Notes: generated by a model from the sequence alone, not told the origin. Positions 22,842-30,891 are shown, numbered from the stretch's first letter. The stretch: DNA of 64,000 nt from an uncultured Candidatus Izemoplasmatales bacterium (GCA_964395055.1 CAYNAA010000004.1:1830-65829); one strand, 5' to 3'. Made by a program: numbers and translations.

Positions 22842-24786
22842 GATCTGTTTCCTCCATAAACTTTTGTAATTCACCAAGAGACACACTTTGAAGTTCTCGT
22901 TTTTTCTTTAAGTTCTCACGCACATACTCATCTGTTTCCAAATGAATAATGTCAACAATAATAGCTCCTTTATTTTTATCCATCCCGATACGATGGATAC
23001 GTGCTTCAGATTGGATACGATCATCACCCGAGAAGGTATTGGAATAGTATACCAACATATATGATGCCGTTAGAGTTAGAGAAGTTTTTGCTGTAGCTGG
23101 ATGTGCAACGAAAGCAAGTTTCGGGATTTTTCTTTCTTTATCCTGAAAAGCTGTCAATGGATGAGTATTCAAGGGCACACTTGTTGACATCCCATATTTT
23201 GCAGATTTACACTCTTTAGTTCCATCAGCTCGAATAGTTTCCCATCCTGCTTTTTTACATATATCTATCACTCGATCAATCGATGCTGTAAAACCTGCAA
23301 AAACAACGATTCTTCCATTTTCTTCACACTCTTCCAATAATTCTCTAAGCGCTTCATCTTTAGGTGTGGGTACTCGTTTTGTTGTTCTTATCATCTTTGT
23401 GTGAACACCCGCACCATCACAATTTGGGCAAGTCACTTCATATTGTTCTCCTTCTCCTTCTTTGAATTCTATGGATTTACCTCTACCAAAACAACGATCA
23501 CACTGTGTAGTTTCATCACTAGGTTCTTCTTTATATTGAAAACCATCGCTCAATTCTCTTAAACGAGTAAGAGCTTGAATTGTTGTTGGTGAAGTTTTTG
23601 TTATCATTTTCGCGGCGCGTTTAATTGTAGGTTTTATTGGGCATTTCACAATGCGATAAATTATGTCTGGTAAATCAATACAATCCTTCTTGAATTGGAC
23701 TAAAACAAGCCCCCTTAAACGACGGTATAGCTTGTCAATTTCGTTTACGGATGGCTTGAAATGATGAAAGTCATCCGTAAGGCATGTCGATACTTTGGGA
23801 GCTAAGCCCGCTAAGCCTTCCTGAATTTCCTTTTTCTTATCTTCTAGTGACTTATTTCCCATGTGATTAGGGTGATCCTTATACTCACCACAAACCGCAC
23901 ATTTATTTTCATCATCCCACCATGTTATCAATTTCGGATACATACCACCTGCAAGTGATTGTTCCTTCTTAATTAAGGCAAGACAATTTTCCATTTTAAT
24001 GATGTTGCCTTCTTTAAGAAAACCTGGGCAAGCTATTTCCGCTTGCATCCACCAATCCTTAGGTGACTTAGGAGCGGGAGCACCAGAAGCCAAAATGATA
24101 TAAGGCTTCTCATGATCTTTTCTCATCCCATCAGTAAGATGTTTGGCACACTGTGACCGTTGACTTGCCGGTGTTTTCAAGTATTGGGCTTCATCGAAGA
24201 TAACCAAATCCGGTGCAGTACGACCTTCAGGCCAATCCATTACGAGTGATCGCATTTCCGAGTACGACAAAAAGATCGGCCAAACTTTTGCTTCCCATTC
24301 CGAAAACAACAATTTGATTTGTGTCAACGAAAAACGTGGGGCAACATACCATGCTAATTTTGGGCGCACATGCTCTAACACTTCAATGAATGCCAAGGTT
24401 TTACCTGTTCCCATTTCGGCTGCAACAATACATTCACGTCGAGTTAGCATATGTTGTATCATAACAACCTGATGGTCATATAATACACTACGATTAGGCT
24501 TTATGTCAAGAAGTTCCCTATCATAGCGATAATAGGGATCAGGAGCATCGGCATCAAGATATTGTAATGCCCACAAATTACGTGGAGTGCGGTTTACTTC
24601 CCAATGGGGAATTGGATCCCGTGAAAATTTTGCACCCTCCATCGCCCGTATTTCTTCTTTTAAGTTGTTCCATTCATCTGAATGATGCCAATTAAAATAA
24701 AGATAAATCTTTTTTGCATTTTCTTCTATTTGAATACGGAATTTAAGTTTGCCTGATTTAAAGTATTTTACTTGGTCTGCCACCAT
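22825..24786 (-). CDS. SNF2/DEAD-like SF2 helicase with inserted double zinc knuckle
   Basis: LYDHQ, AAEMGTGKT, VIFDEAQYLK and QSEARIHRIGM. CDRCFGRG...CPNCDGAG lies between the two RecA-like lobes. Confidence 0.85.
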   Translation of the reverse strand: MVADQVKYFKSGKLKFRIQIEENAKKIYLYFNWHHSDEWNNLKEEIRAMEGAKFSRDPIPHWEVNRTPRNLWALQYLDADAPDPYYRYDRELLDIKPNRSVLYDHQVVMIQHMLTRRECIVAAEMGTGKTLAFIEVLEHVRPKLAWYVAPRFSLTQIKLLFSEWEAKVWPIFLSYSEMRSLVMDWPEGRTAPDLVIFDEAQYLKTPASQRSQCAKHLTDGMRKDHEKPYIILASGAPAPKSPKDWWMQAEIACPGFLKEGNIIKMENCLALIKKEQSLAGGMYPKLITWWDDENKCAVCGEYKDHPNHMGNKSLEDKKKEIQEGLAGLAPKVSTCLTDDFHHFKPSVNEIDKLYRRLRGLVLVQFKKDCIDLPDIIYRIVKCPIKPTIKRAAKMITKTSPTTIQALTRLRELSDGFQYKEEPSDETTQCDRCFGRGKSIEFKEGEGEQYEVTCPNCDGAGVHTKMIRTTKRVPTPKDEALRELLEECEENGRIVVFAGFTASIDRVIDICKKAGWETIRADGTKECKSAKYGMSTSVPLNTHPLTAFQDKERKIPKLAFVAHPATAKTSLTLTASYMLVYYSNTFSGDDRIQSEARIHRIGMDKNKGAIIVDIIHLETDEYVRENLKKKRELQSVSLGELQKFMEETDHDCRR

Positions 24787-25208
24787 CGTAATACTCCTGT
24801 AGCTCTAAGTTGGTCTTCAACCTTCTTTAGCAAGATTTCTCCGCTTTTTTCCTTATTAGAATATTCTATGAGGGTTATCCAATCATAAATGGTTCCTGAT
24901 AGTATAGCTAAGGAAAAACCATACTTATCTGTATCCAAAATTGCAATATCAATCCCTGCAAATAAATCTTGCACCTCTTTTAGCATACTAAAAGGAAAAG
25001 TGCCCAAAAACAATAAGGGCGTCAATTTCGCTGCTTTTTTCTTTCCCAAATAATGTTTGAGAGTTATCGGTAAAGCTAGGAAATGATCTAAGTCAACCCC
25101 AAAATTCGCAGCTTCTTCTAAGACCCGTTCTTCCCTATTCCAATTAATGATATTTTCATAAGTAGCGGTTGCCATTGCAAAGGGTGTAATTTTTATGTCG
25201 AAAGTCAT
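24768..25208 (-). CDS. hypothetical protein (146 aa)
   Basis: Same-strand packing. Contains palindrome 24857-24868 (IEYSN), 70 nt before the SNF2 start. Confidence 0.5.
   Translation of the reverse strand: MTFDIKITPFAMATATYENIINWNREERVLEEAANFGVDLDHFLALPITLKHYLGKKKAAKLTPLLFLGTFPFSMLKEVQDLFAGIDIAILDTDKYGFSLAILSGTIYDWITLIEYSNKEKSGEILLKKVEDQLRATGVLRWWQTK
24857..24868. repeat. TAGAATATTCTA palindrome, exact copy (in CDS)
   Basis: 12/12. Confidence 0.9.
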
Positions 25209-25229
25209 TTGGCAACCTTTTTTTATTTT

Positions 25230-25266
25230 GTGGCGGACAGGCTAGGGAAGTTAGCCTGCCCGCCAC
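25230..25266. other. 15-bp intergenic stem-loop (1 mismatch)
   Basis: GTGGCGGACAGGCTA, a 7-nt loop, then TAGCCTGCCCGCCAC. An A-rich tract rather than a U-tract follows on the transcribed strand. Confidence 0.7.
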
Positions 25267-25289
25267 GCACGGGGGACAGAGAGAGAAGC

Positions 25290-26003
25290 TTAACGTTCCC
25301 GGGTTTCGGCAGTCGAATCAACCTCGACCGGTTCTTCATCATCCCAAGGTGCAGAGACTTCCTCGGTATTTTGGAAATTCTTGATCTGTTCTGTCATTTC
25401 CGCAATATCCGGGGGAACGGCAAACGGGGTTGTACAGGGCTTGACATTGAGTCCCCACCAACTATATTCATCATTGTCAATGGGATCAGATTTCAATGTT
25501 GCAGCCTTGCGCAAATAAGCAATCAACGTTGTCTTTGCAACACGACGAAGAGTAGGATTGTTGCAAAAGAAAGTCATGAACTTACCTGTTTCACCGTGGT
25601 AAAACAGAAATTCATAACCCCAGAAATAACCGCGTGTTTTGTCATTGGCACGCTTCTGAAACTCTTGAAACTTCTCCGACGTGTGGTCATACACAACATC
25701 GATCTTGCCAGTCTGGCGGTTCGAGAACATTGCTCGCGGTCGGAAGTCACAGATGAACACATCAATGGCTTCACCAAGATCATGAACGTCAGACTTTCCA
25801 TATTTCAAGGCAAGATGTCCCTGAGTAATGGAATGAGGCGGCTTGGCCAAAACTGAAGATGACTGGACTAAAGTGAGATAAGGTAGCCAATTAGCTTCAT
25901 CACCTAATTCTTCTACAATGCTAGTTGAATTGGCGGCAGGTAAAAGACTTGCCAGATCATCTTGAACTACTGGGACATTTGTTTCATCAACCATGGTAAT
26001 CAA
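25290..26003 (-). CDS. hypothetical protein, possibly an ssDNA-binding/annealing protein
   Basis: About 237 aa with an acidic C-terminal tail (PWDDEEPVEVD), positioned among replication genes. Guess from architecture only. Confidence 0.3.
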   Translation of the reverse strand: MITMVDETNVPVVQDDLASLLPAANSTSIVEELGDEANWLPYLTLVQSSSVLAKPPHSITQGHLALKYGKSDVHDLGEAIDVFICDFRPRAMFSNRQTGKIDVVYDHTSEKFQEFQKRANDKTRGYFWGYEFLFYHGETGKFMTFFCNNPTLRRVAKTTLIAYLRKAATLKSDPIDNDEYSWWGLNVKPCTTPFAVPPDIAEMTEQIKNFQNTEEVSAPWDDEEPVEVDSTAETRER

Positions 26004-26018
26004 TTCTCCAATTGTGGT

Positions 26019-26969
26019 TTATTGAGCATTTTCGACAAGGGCTTCAGATTCTTCAGCTTTCTTGGCTTCTTCTCGTTGACGACGCTCTTCAGCACGCTTT
26101 CTCTTTGCCTCTTGTTCCTGTTCCCACTTTTCACGCTCAATCTGCTCTGTTTTGGGATCAACCCGAAGAACCCAATCGATAGCGAGATCAAAAGCTTCAA
26201 CAGGCGTCATGTTGTCAGTGACAAGATCCGCGCGTGCCTTATGAGTTTCCTGTTCATCCAGAATATCCGTCTTAGAACGCACACGAGGAAGAAGTTTGAA
26301 TGTCTCAGCCCCGGCTTTCTTTCCGGCTCGCTGAGCAGTCTTGATCTGTTCAAGGCGTGCCTTTGCGGCTTCCACGAAAACTTCAGGAGACTGTTCACTT
26401 GCCCGCTTAACCCATTGAAGCTGTTCGTCTGCCGGAAGCTTCGCAAGCTGTTGAGCATTGGTAAGTGGAATATCACCATTGTCAACGCTTTCCTGAATTT
26501 CCGGTACCAACTTGGATAGATTCATACGGGCCGTGATCCAAGCGGGGGAAACATTCATTTCCTCGGCAAGCTGACTGATAGTTACATCATCATTCAGCGC
26601 CAAATAGTGCATGATCGCGCGACCATATTCCGCAGGCTTAGTCTTAATGTTATGCAGATTCGCTTGAATCTGAAGACTAAGTGTTTTGGATTCATCAGCA
26701 TCCAAAATTTGTGCCGGAATTGTATCATAATTCAACAATTCACAAATAGCCACACGCTGAAGGCCATCAATGAGGATGTAAATCTCTTCGCCGGTTTCCT
26801 CATCAATGGTCTCTCGAACGGTGATCGACTGTAAAACGCCTTCCTTTTCAATGGAACGCTTCAGAAATTCAAATTCCTCTGATTCAGTTTTGGCTTCTCG
26901 TAATGCCCTTTCACCTGCTTTGATTTTGCTTACTTGTACTTCTTCGATTCGTCCACGATTTGCTTCCAT
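26019..26969 (-). CDS. ParB-like protein with HTH (paralogue A)
   Basis: LQSITVRE...YILIDGLQRVAICELL gives the ParB box. HTH TISQLAEEMNVSPAWITARMNLSKL. K/E-rich C-terminus. Confidence 0.7.
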   Translation of the reverse strand: MEANRGRIEEVQVSKIKAGERALREAKTESEEFEFLKRSIEKEGVLQSITVRETIDEETGEEIYILIDGLQRVAICELLNYDTIPAQILDADESKTLSLQIQANLHNIKTKPAEYGRAIMHYLALNDDVTISQLAEEMNVSPAWITARMNLSKLVPEIQESVDNGDIPLTNAQQLAKLPADEQLQWVKRASEQSPEVFVEAAKARLEQIKTAQRAGKKAGAETFKLLPRVRSKTDILDEQETHKARADLVTDNMTPVEAFDLAIDWVLRVDPKTEQIEREKWEQEQEAKRKRAEERRQREEAKKAEESEALVENAQ

Positions 26970-27111
26970 GATCCTGTTTTCTCCTGGTTTGATAATAGAT
27001 CAGCTTTACCCGATCAGTAAGGGCTGGACTGATATTATTATCATTCTTCAATTAACACACAAGCCATTGTCAAATAAACGGGAATTGAAATGTACTCCCG
27101 CCGTCTATTTT

Positions 27112-27140
27112 ATTATAGTAGTTTTTCGGGAAAAAGTAAA
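27112..27140 (-). promoter_or_regulatory. leftward promoter of the divergent control region
   Basis: Minus strand reads TTTACT (27140-27135), a 17-nt spacer, then TATAAT (27117-27112). Shares AAAAACTACTATAATA with the promoter at 6916-6945. Confidence 0.5.
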
Positions 27141-27142
27141 GA

Positions 27143-27155
27143 TAGAATGATTCTA
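27143..27155. repeat. palindrome variant TAGAAT-G-ATTCTA (13 bp, arms intact)
   Basis: Both 6-bp arms are conserved, with one extra central base. Lies 2 nt upstream of the -35 at 27135-27140. Confidence 0.7.
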
Positions 27156-27160
27156 TGCTA

Positions 27161-27172
27161 CGCGCGCGCGCG
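27161..27172. repeat. (CG)6 alternating tract
   Basis: CGCGCGCGCGCG in an otherwise AT-rich intergenic region. Confidence 0.9.
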
Positions 27173-27278
27173 ATAAGAGAATAACGTCACCGAAAAATAG
27201 ATAGAAAAAGAACAGAATAAGTAGAGATATATAGAAAAGAAAAGAAAAAATTTTTATATAAAAGAGGGAATCTTCCGG

Positions 27279-27307
27279 TTGTCTATCTATTTGAAAACTG
27301 CTATAAT
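27279..27307 (+). promoter_or_regulatory. rightward promoter of the divergent control region
   Basis: TTGTCT (27279-27284), a 17-nt spacer, then TATAAT (27302-27307) preceded by TGC (extended -10). Confidence 0.55.
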
Positions 27308-27362
27308 AGAATAGAACATGTTGAACAAAACAGGCATGTTAGCTAAGCAATTGTCCCAAACC

Positions 27363-27386
27363 AGTGTACTATGGAGCTAGTACACT
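27363..27386 (+). promoter_or_regulatory. leader stem-loop (9-bp stem)
   Basis: AGTGTACTA-TGGAGC-TAGTACACT, between the promoter and the SD (GGAAAGGAG) of ORF 27419. Confidence 0.5.
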
Positions 27387-27418
27387 TCAAACCTTAACGG
27401 AAAGGAGTAGATCACTTT

Positions 27419-27622
27419 ATGTCTTGCAATGGTTGTTTTTATCTTGAATTAACCACTTGTAAATTACGGAGGAAAATGTTTTGTGGGGAATCACCTAAGC
27501 ATTTTGCTGAACGAATGCAGATCATTGTTGATTGGAACCGTAAGCATCATTGGCCACATAAGTTCGATCCAACTTATGTAAAAAATTGTACACAATTCCG
27601 TACCGCTATTCAGGAGAAATAA
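27419..27622 (+). CDS. hypothetical protein (67 aa)
   Basis: Strong SD. First gene of the rightward block. Confidence 0.5.
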   Translation: MSCNGCFYLELTTCKLRRKMFCGESPKHFAERMQIIVDWNRKHHWPHKFDPTYVKNCTQFRTAIQEK

Positions 27623-27625
27623 CTT

Positions 27626-30331
27626 ATGGAAGCCTTTTCTCAACAAACCGTCTCTGATCGACCTTTTAGAACACAGGCCATCAAGAAATTCTTAACTGAG
27701 AAATCTCAAAATAATTGTCCAGATCTTGTTGAGTTATATTCACATGACATGGAAGTTCAAGTTAATGTTGCTCAAGATTATGGGGTATTGAAGAGTCAAG
27801 AATACCGTGGCCCACAAAGCTTGTGTTACACAAATGATCTAGAAACTTGGTTTCCATTCCGTATTCCCAAAAATGCCAGTTCCGATCCTTCTTATACTGA
27901 TACCCCCATGTCTTATGATTTAGCTGAGCATGTTGAAAGTATTGGAATGACAGGTTGGAATTGGTTTGAAAAAAGAAGTATTTTTGTTGGGTATGACTTC
28001 GACTCAATTATTGGTCATCATGATGGCTTAACTCCAACGGAATTAGAAGAAGTTCGACAACGTGCAAGTGAAATTCCTTGGGTTACAGTTCGTAAGAGTA
28101 CTTCAGGTTCAGGTATTCATTTGTATGTCTTTCTTGATCTTGATATTACTGTTAATAATCATGATGAACATGCTGCCATTGCTAGAGCCGTACTTGGGAA
28201 AATGTCTCAGGCCGCAGGGTATAACTTTTATTCAAAATTGGATGTTTGTGGCCATGTTTTATGGTGTTACCATCGTAAAATGGAGGAAACAGATGGTTTA
28301 ACCTTATTAAAAAAAGGAATTAAACTCAAAGAAATTCCAAATAATTGGGCAGAACATATTAATGTTATTCGTAAACGTGCTACCCGCACATCATTACCAA
28401 TTAAAGGATCATCAGAAACGAAAGAAGCATTCAACAATATCATTTCTGAACGTAGGCAAGTTCATTTAGATGAAGGTCATCAGCGAATTATTAAAGAATT
28501 AGAGAAATATGGACGTTGTATGTGGGATGGAGATCGTCATTTATTGGTTACACACACTTATACATTAAAACAAGTACATGAATCATTGGTTCTTCGTGGT
28601 CCTTTTGATACCATTGCATCAGGATCATTACGGGGAGATGACCACAATTGTTTTTGTATACCTCTTCATGACGGGGCTTTTCTTATTTATCGTTTTGGGC
28701 AGATCGAAGAACATCATACATGGATGCAAGACCCAAGGGGTATCTCTTATTGTTATTACAATAGACATCCGAATTTACAAATCTTAGCAAAAGTGTATGA
28801 AGGAACGGAACGAGAAAAAGGTGGGTATATTTTTGAAAATGTTGAAACAGCATTACAGGTATTAAATGATCTTGGAACCCCAACAGATATAGATAAGAGT
28901 GTACATGGTCGACCTACAACACTAATAGAGACTAAGGATGGACGAATAAAAATTAAAATTCCCCGGCAAGATGCAGATCGACCAGATAAAATGAAATTTT
29001 GGGAAGCAGCGAAAGATAAAACTTGGACCCGTAGTTTTAGGCCAACCAAAAATGCCCCACCGGATTTATCCCCACGCCTTGTAGGAGATAAGGAAATTGT
29101 CAAACATATTGTAGATCATCATGGTAATGATGCAGGTTGGGTTATTTTTTCACATGGCCTATGGAATCAAGAACCATTGCAACATGTGAAATTATTACTT
29201 AAATCACATGGCTACAATTCGACTGAGATTGAGAAATTATTGGGAGAATCTATCAATAATTGCTGGACATTAGTTAATCGCCCCTTTGAACCAGAATATC
29301 CTGGTGATAGACAATGGAATAGAAATAGCCCACAATTCAAGTTTCAACCCTCTTTAACAGATGATCCAAAATATCCTCATTGGAAACTTATATTGGATCA
29401 TTGTGGTAAATCTTTAGATAATGCAGTTAGAGAAGATAGTTGGTGTAAAGATAATGGTTTATCTACAGGAGCAGATTATCTAAAATGCTGGATCGCCAAC
29501 TTATTTCAAAAACCCCTTCTTAGATTGCCTTATTTATTTTTATATGGTGAACAAAATACAGGTAAATCCATTTTGCACGAGGCATTGTCTTTACTTTTTG
29601 AGCCAGGATATTGTCGAGCTGATCTACCTTTAACAAATCCTAGTGGTTTTACAGGTGAATTAGCACATGCCATACTATGTGTGGTAGAAGAAACGGATCT
29701 TAATAATAACAGGATAGCTTATAATAGAATTAAGGATTGGGTAACGAGTTTGGAAATCGTAATTCATGCCAAAGGAAAAACACCTTATCAAATTCCTAAT
29801 GCCACACATTGGATACAATGTGCCAATAGACGTGATGCTTGTCCCATATTTCCCGGAGATACCAGAATAGTAGTTATGGAAGTAGATGCTCCTGATGAAT
29901 ATATACCTAAAGGCTTACTCTTAGAAAAATTAACTAAAGAAACGCCCGACTTCCTCTCTGAAGTAACCAAATTGCCTTTGCCTAAATCACCTGATCGTTT
30001 AGCTTTACCCCCCATTATTTCCGATCACAAAATGATTGCCATGCACGCTAATGCTACTTCTCTTGAATTATTTATTGAGGAATTTTGTTATGAAGTTCCT
30101 GGAGCTACCATTACCGTTAAAGAATTTTATGAACATTTCATTAATTCTTTGGAACCAACAGAAGCCATGCGGTGGCCTAAACGACGACTTGGTAAAGAAA
30201 TGCCTTCAAAATTCCCAAAGGGGAAGATGACAAATGGGGCTCAAATGGCCTTTGGAAATATTTCTTTTAGTCCTGGTAAAGCAACAGATAAACCTTTGTA
30301 TGTAAGCAATGATGGTTATTTAAGAAGATAA
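27626..30331 (+). CDS. bifunctional primase-polymerase / D5-like SF3 helicase
   Basis: AEP motifs VGYDFDS (DxD) and SGSGIHLYVF (sGxH). C-terminal Walker A GEQNTGKS and Walker B LCVVEE. Confidence 0.85.
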   Translation: MEAFSQQTVSDRPFRTQAIKKFLTEKSQNNCPDLVELYSHDMEVQVNVAQDYGVLKSQEYRGPQSLCYTNDLETWFPFRIPKNASSDPSYTDTPMSYDLAEHVESIGMTGWNWFEKRSIFVGYDFDSIIGHHDGLTPTELEEVRQRASEIPWVTVRKSTSGSGIHLYVFLDLDITVNNHDEHAAIARAVLGKMSQAAGYNFYSKLDVCGHVLWCYHRKMEETDGLTLLKKGIKLKEIPNNWAEHINVIRKRATRTSLPIKGSSETKEAFNNIISERRQVHLDEGHQRIIKELEKYGRCMWDGDRHLLVTHTYTLKQVHESLVLRGPFDTIASGSLRGDDHNCFCIPLHDGAFLIYRFGQIEEHHTWMQDPRGISYCYYNRHPNLQILAKVYEGTEREKGGYIFENVETALQVLNDLGTPTDIDKSVHGRPTTLIETKDGRIKIKIPRQDADRPDKMKFWEAAKDKTWTRSFRPTKNAPPDLSPRLVGDKEIVKHIVDHHGNDAGWVIFSHGLWNQEPLQHVKLLLKSHGYNSTEIEKLLGESINNCWTLVNRPFEPEYPGDRQWNRNSPQFKFQPSLTDDPKYPHWKLILDHCGKSLDNAVREDSWCKDNGLSTGADYLKCWIANLFQKPLLRLPYLFLYGEQNTGKSILHEALSLLFEPGYCRADLPLTNPSGFTGELAHAILCVVEETDLNNNRIAYNRIKDWVTSLEIVIHAKGKTPYQIPNATHWIQCANRRDACPIFPGDTRIVVMEVDAPDEYIPKGLLLEKLTKETPDFLSEVTKLPLPKSPDRLALPPIISDHKMIAMHANATSLELFIEEFCYEVPGATITVKEFYEHFINSLEPTEAMRWPKRRLGKEMPSKFPKGKMTNGAQMAFGNISFSPGKATDKPLYVSNDGYLRR

Positions 30332-30534
30332 CTCATTCTTAGAGAAAGGAAAGCTTAATGAGCAAGGTTATTTGGGTTTATTCCCCAGAAAAAGAAAATA
30401 TATTTTTTATTATAATGGGAAGGAAATTGGTTTTGAAGTTAATGTATTGATTTAGAAGAAATGGGTTTTGCTAAATTAATATGATAAGAGCAAGAAAAAA
30501 ACTTGAGGGCTTTAACAATAGAGGAAAAAGAACA

Positions 30535-30891
30535 ATGAAATTGATAAAGAGTGATAATGGGGCAGTAGTTTATTTGGAAGCAGAAGATCTTGCAGAAGGA
30601 AACCTGTTAAAAGGTTTTATGGCAACATCTGCTGCCAGAGAATGTCATTTAAGGATTGAAAAAGGAGTTGTTAGGTTATATGCTGAACATTTTCTAGGCA
30701 ACATTAATTTGATTGAATTAAATACTCATTATGAAATGTATCCTAATGATAAAGAAACAAGAGCCTTTATTATGGATGTAATGCAGCATGGGGGTGAGAT
30801 TGTTGGGACTTTACATCAAGATGGTGAAACATGTGAACCTTTTATAAAGTTCACAAAAAGAAACCCAAAGACAAGGAAACAAGAAGAATGA
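30535..30891 (+). CDS. hypothetical protein (118 aa from ATG 30535)
   Basis: GAGGAAAAAGAACA precedes ATG 30535. ATGA overlap with the methylase start. Confidence 0.5.
   Translation: MKLIKSDNGAVVYLEAEDLAEGNLLKGFMATSAARECHLRIEKGVVRLYAEHFLGNINLIELNTHYEMYPNDKETRAFIMDVMQHGGEIVGTLHQDGETCEPFIKFTKRNPKTRKQEE

Noticed and set aside
25209-26519. Plus-strand ORFs 25209-25856 (215 aa, TTG start) and 25962-26519 (185 aa)
   Set aside because: They are antisense shadows of minus-strand genes 25290-26003 and 26019-26969, and the latter has clear ParB motifs. Their translations are Cys/Leu/Phe-rich and not protein-like.
27068-27073. Consensus TTGACA on the minus strand upstream of the ParB-like gene
   Set aside because: No acceptable -10 hexamer lies 16-19 nt downstream (GAAGAA/TGAAGA), so it is not called as a promoter.
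30332-30534. 31-aa ORF (30358-30453) and a TATAAT at 30411-30416 in the primase-downstream gap
   Set aside because: The ORF is short, hydrophobic and has no supporting feature beyond an SD-like AAGGAAAG. The TATAAT has no -35 or TG extension at the proper spacing.
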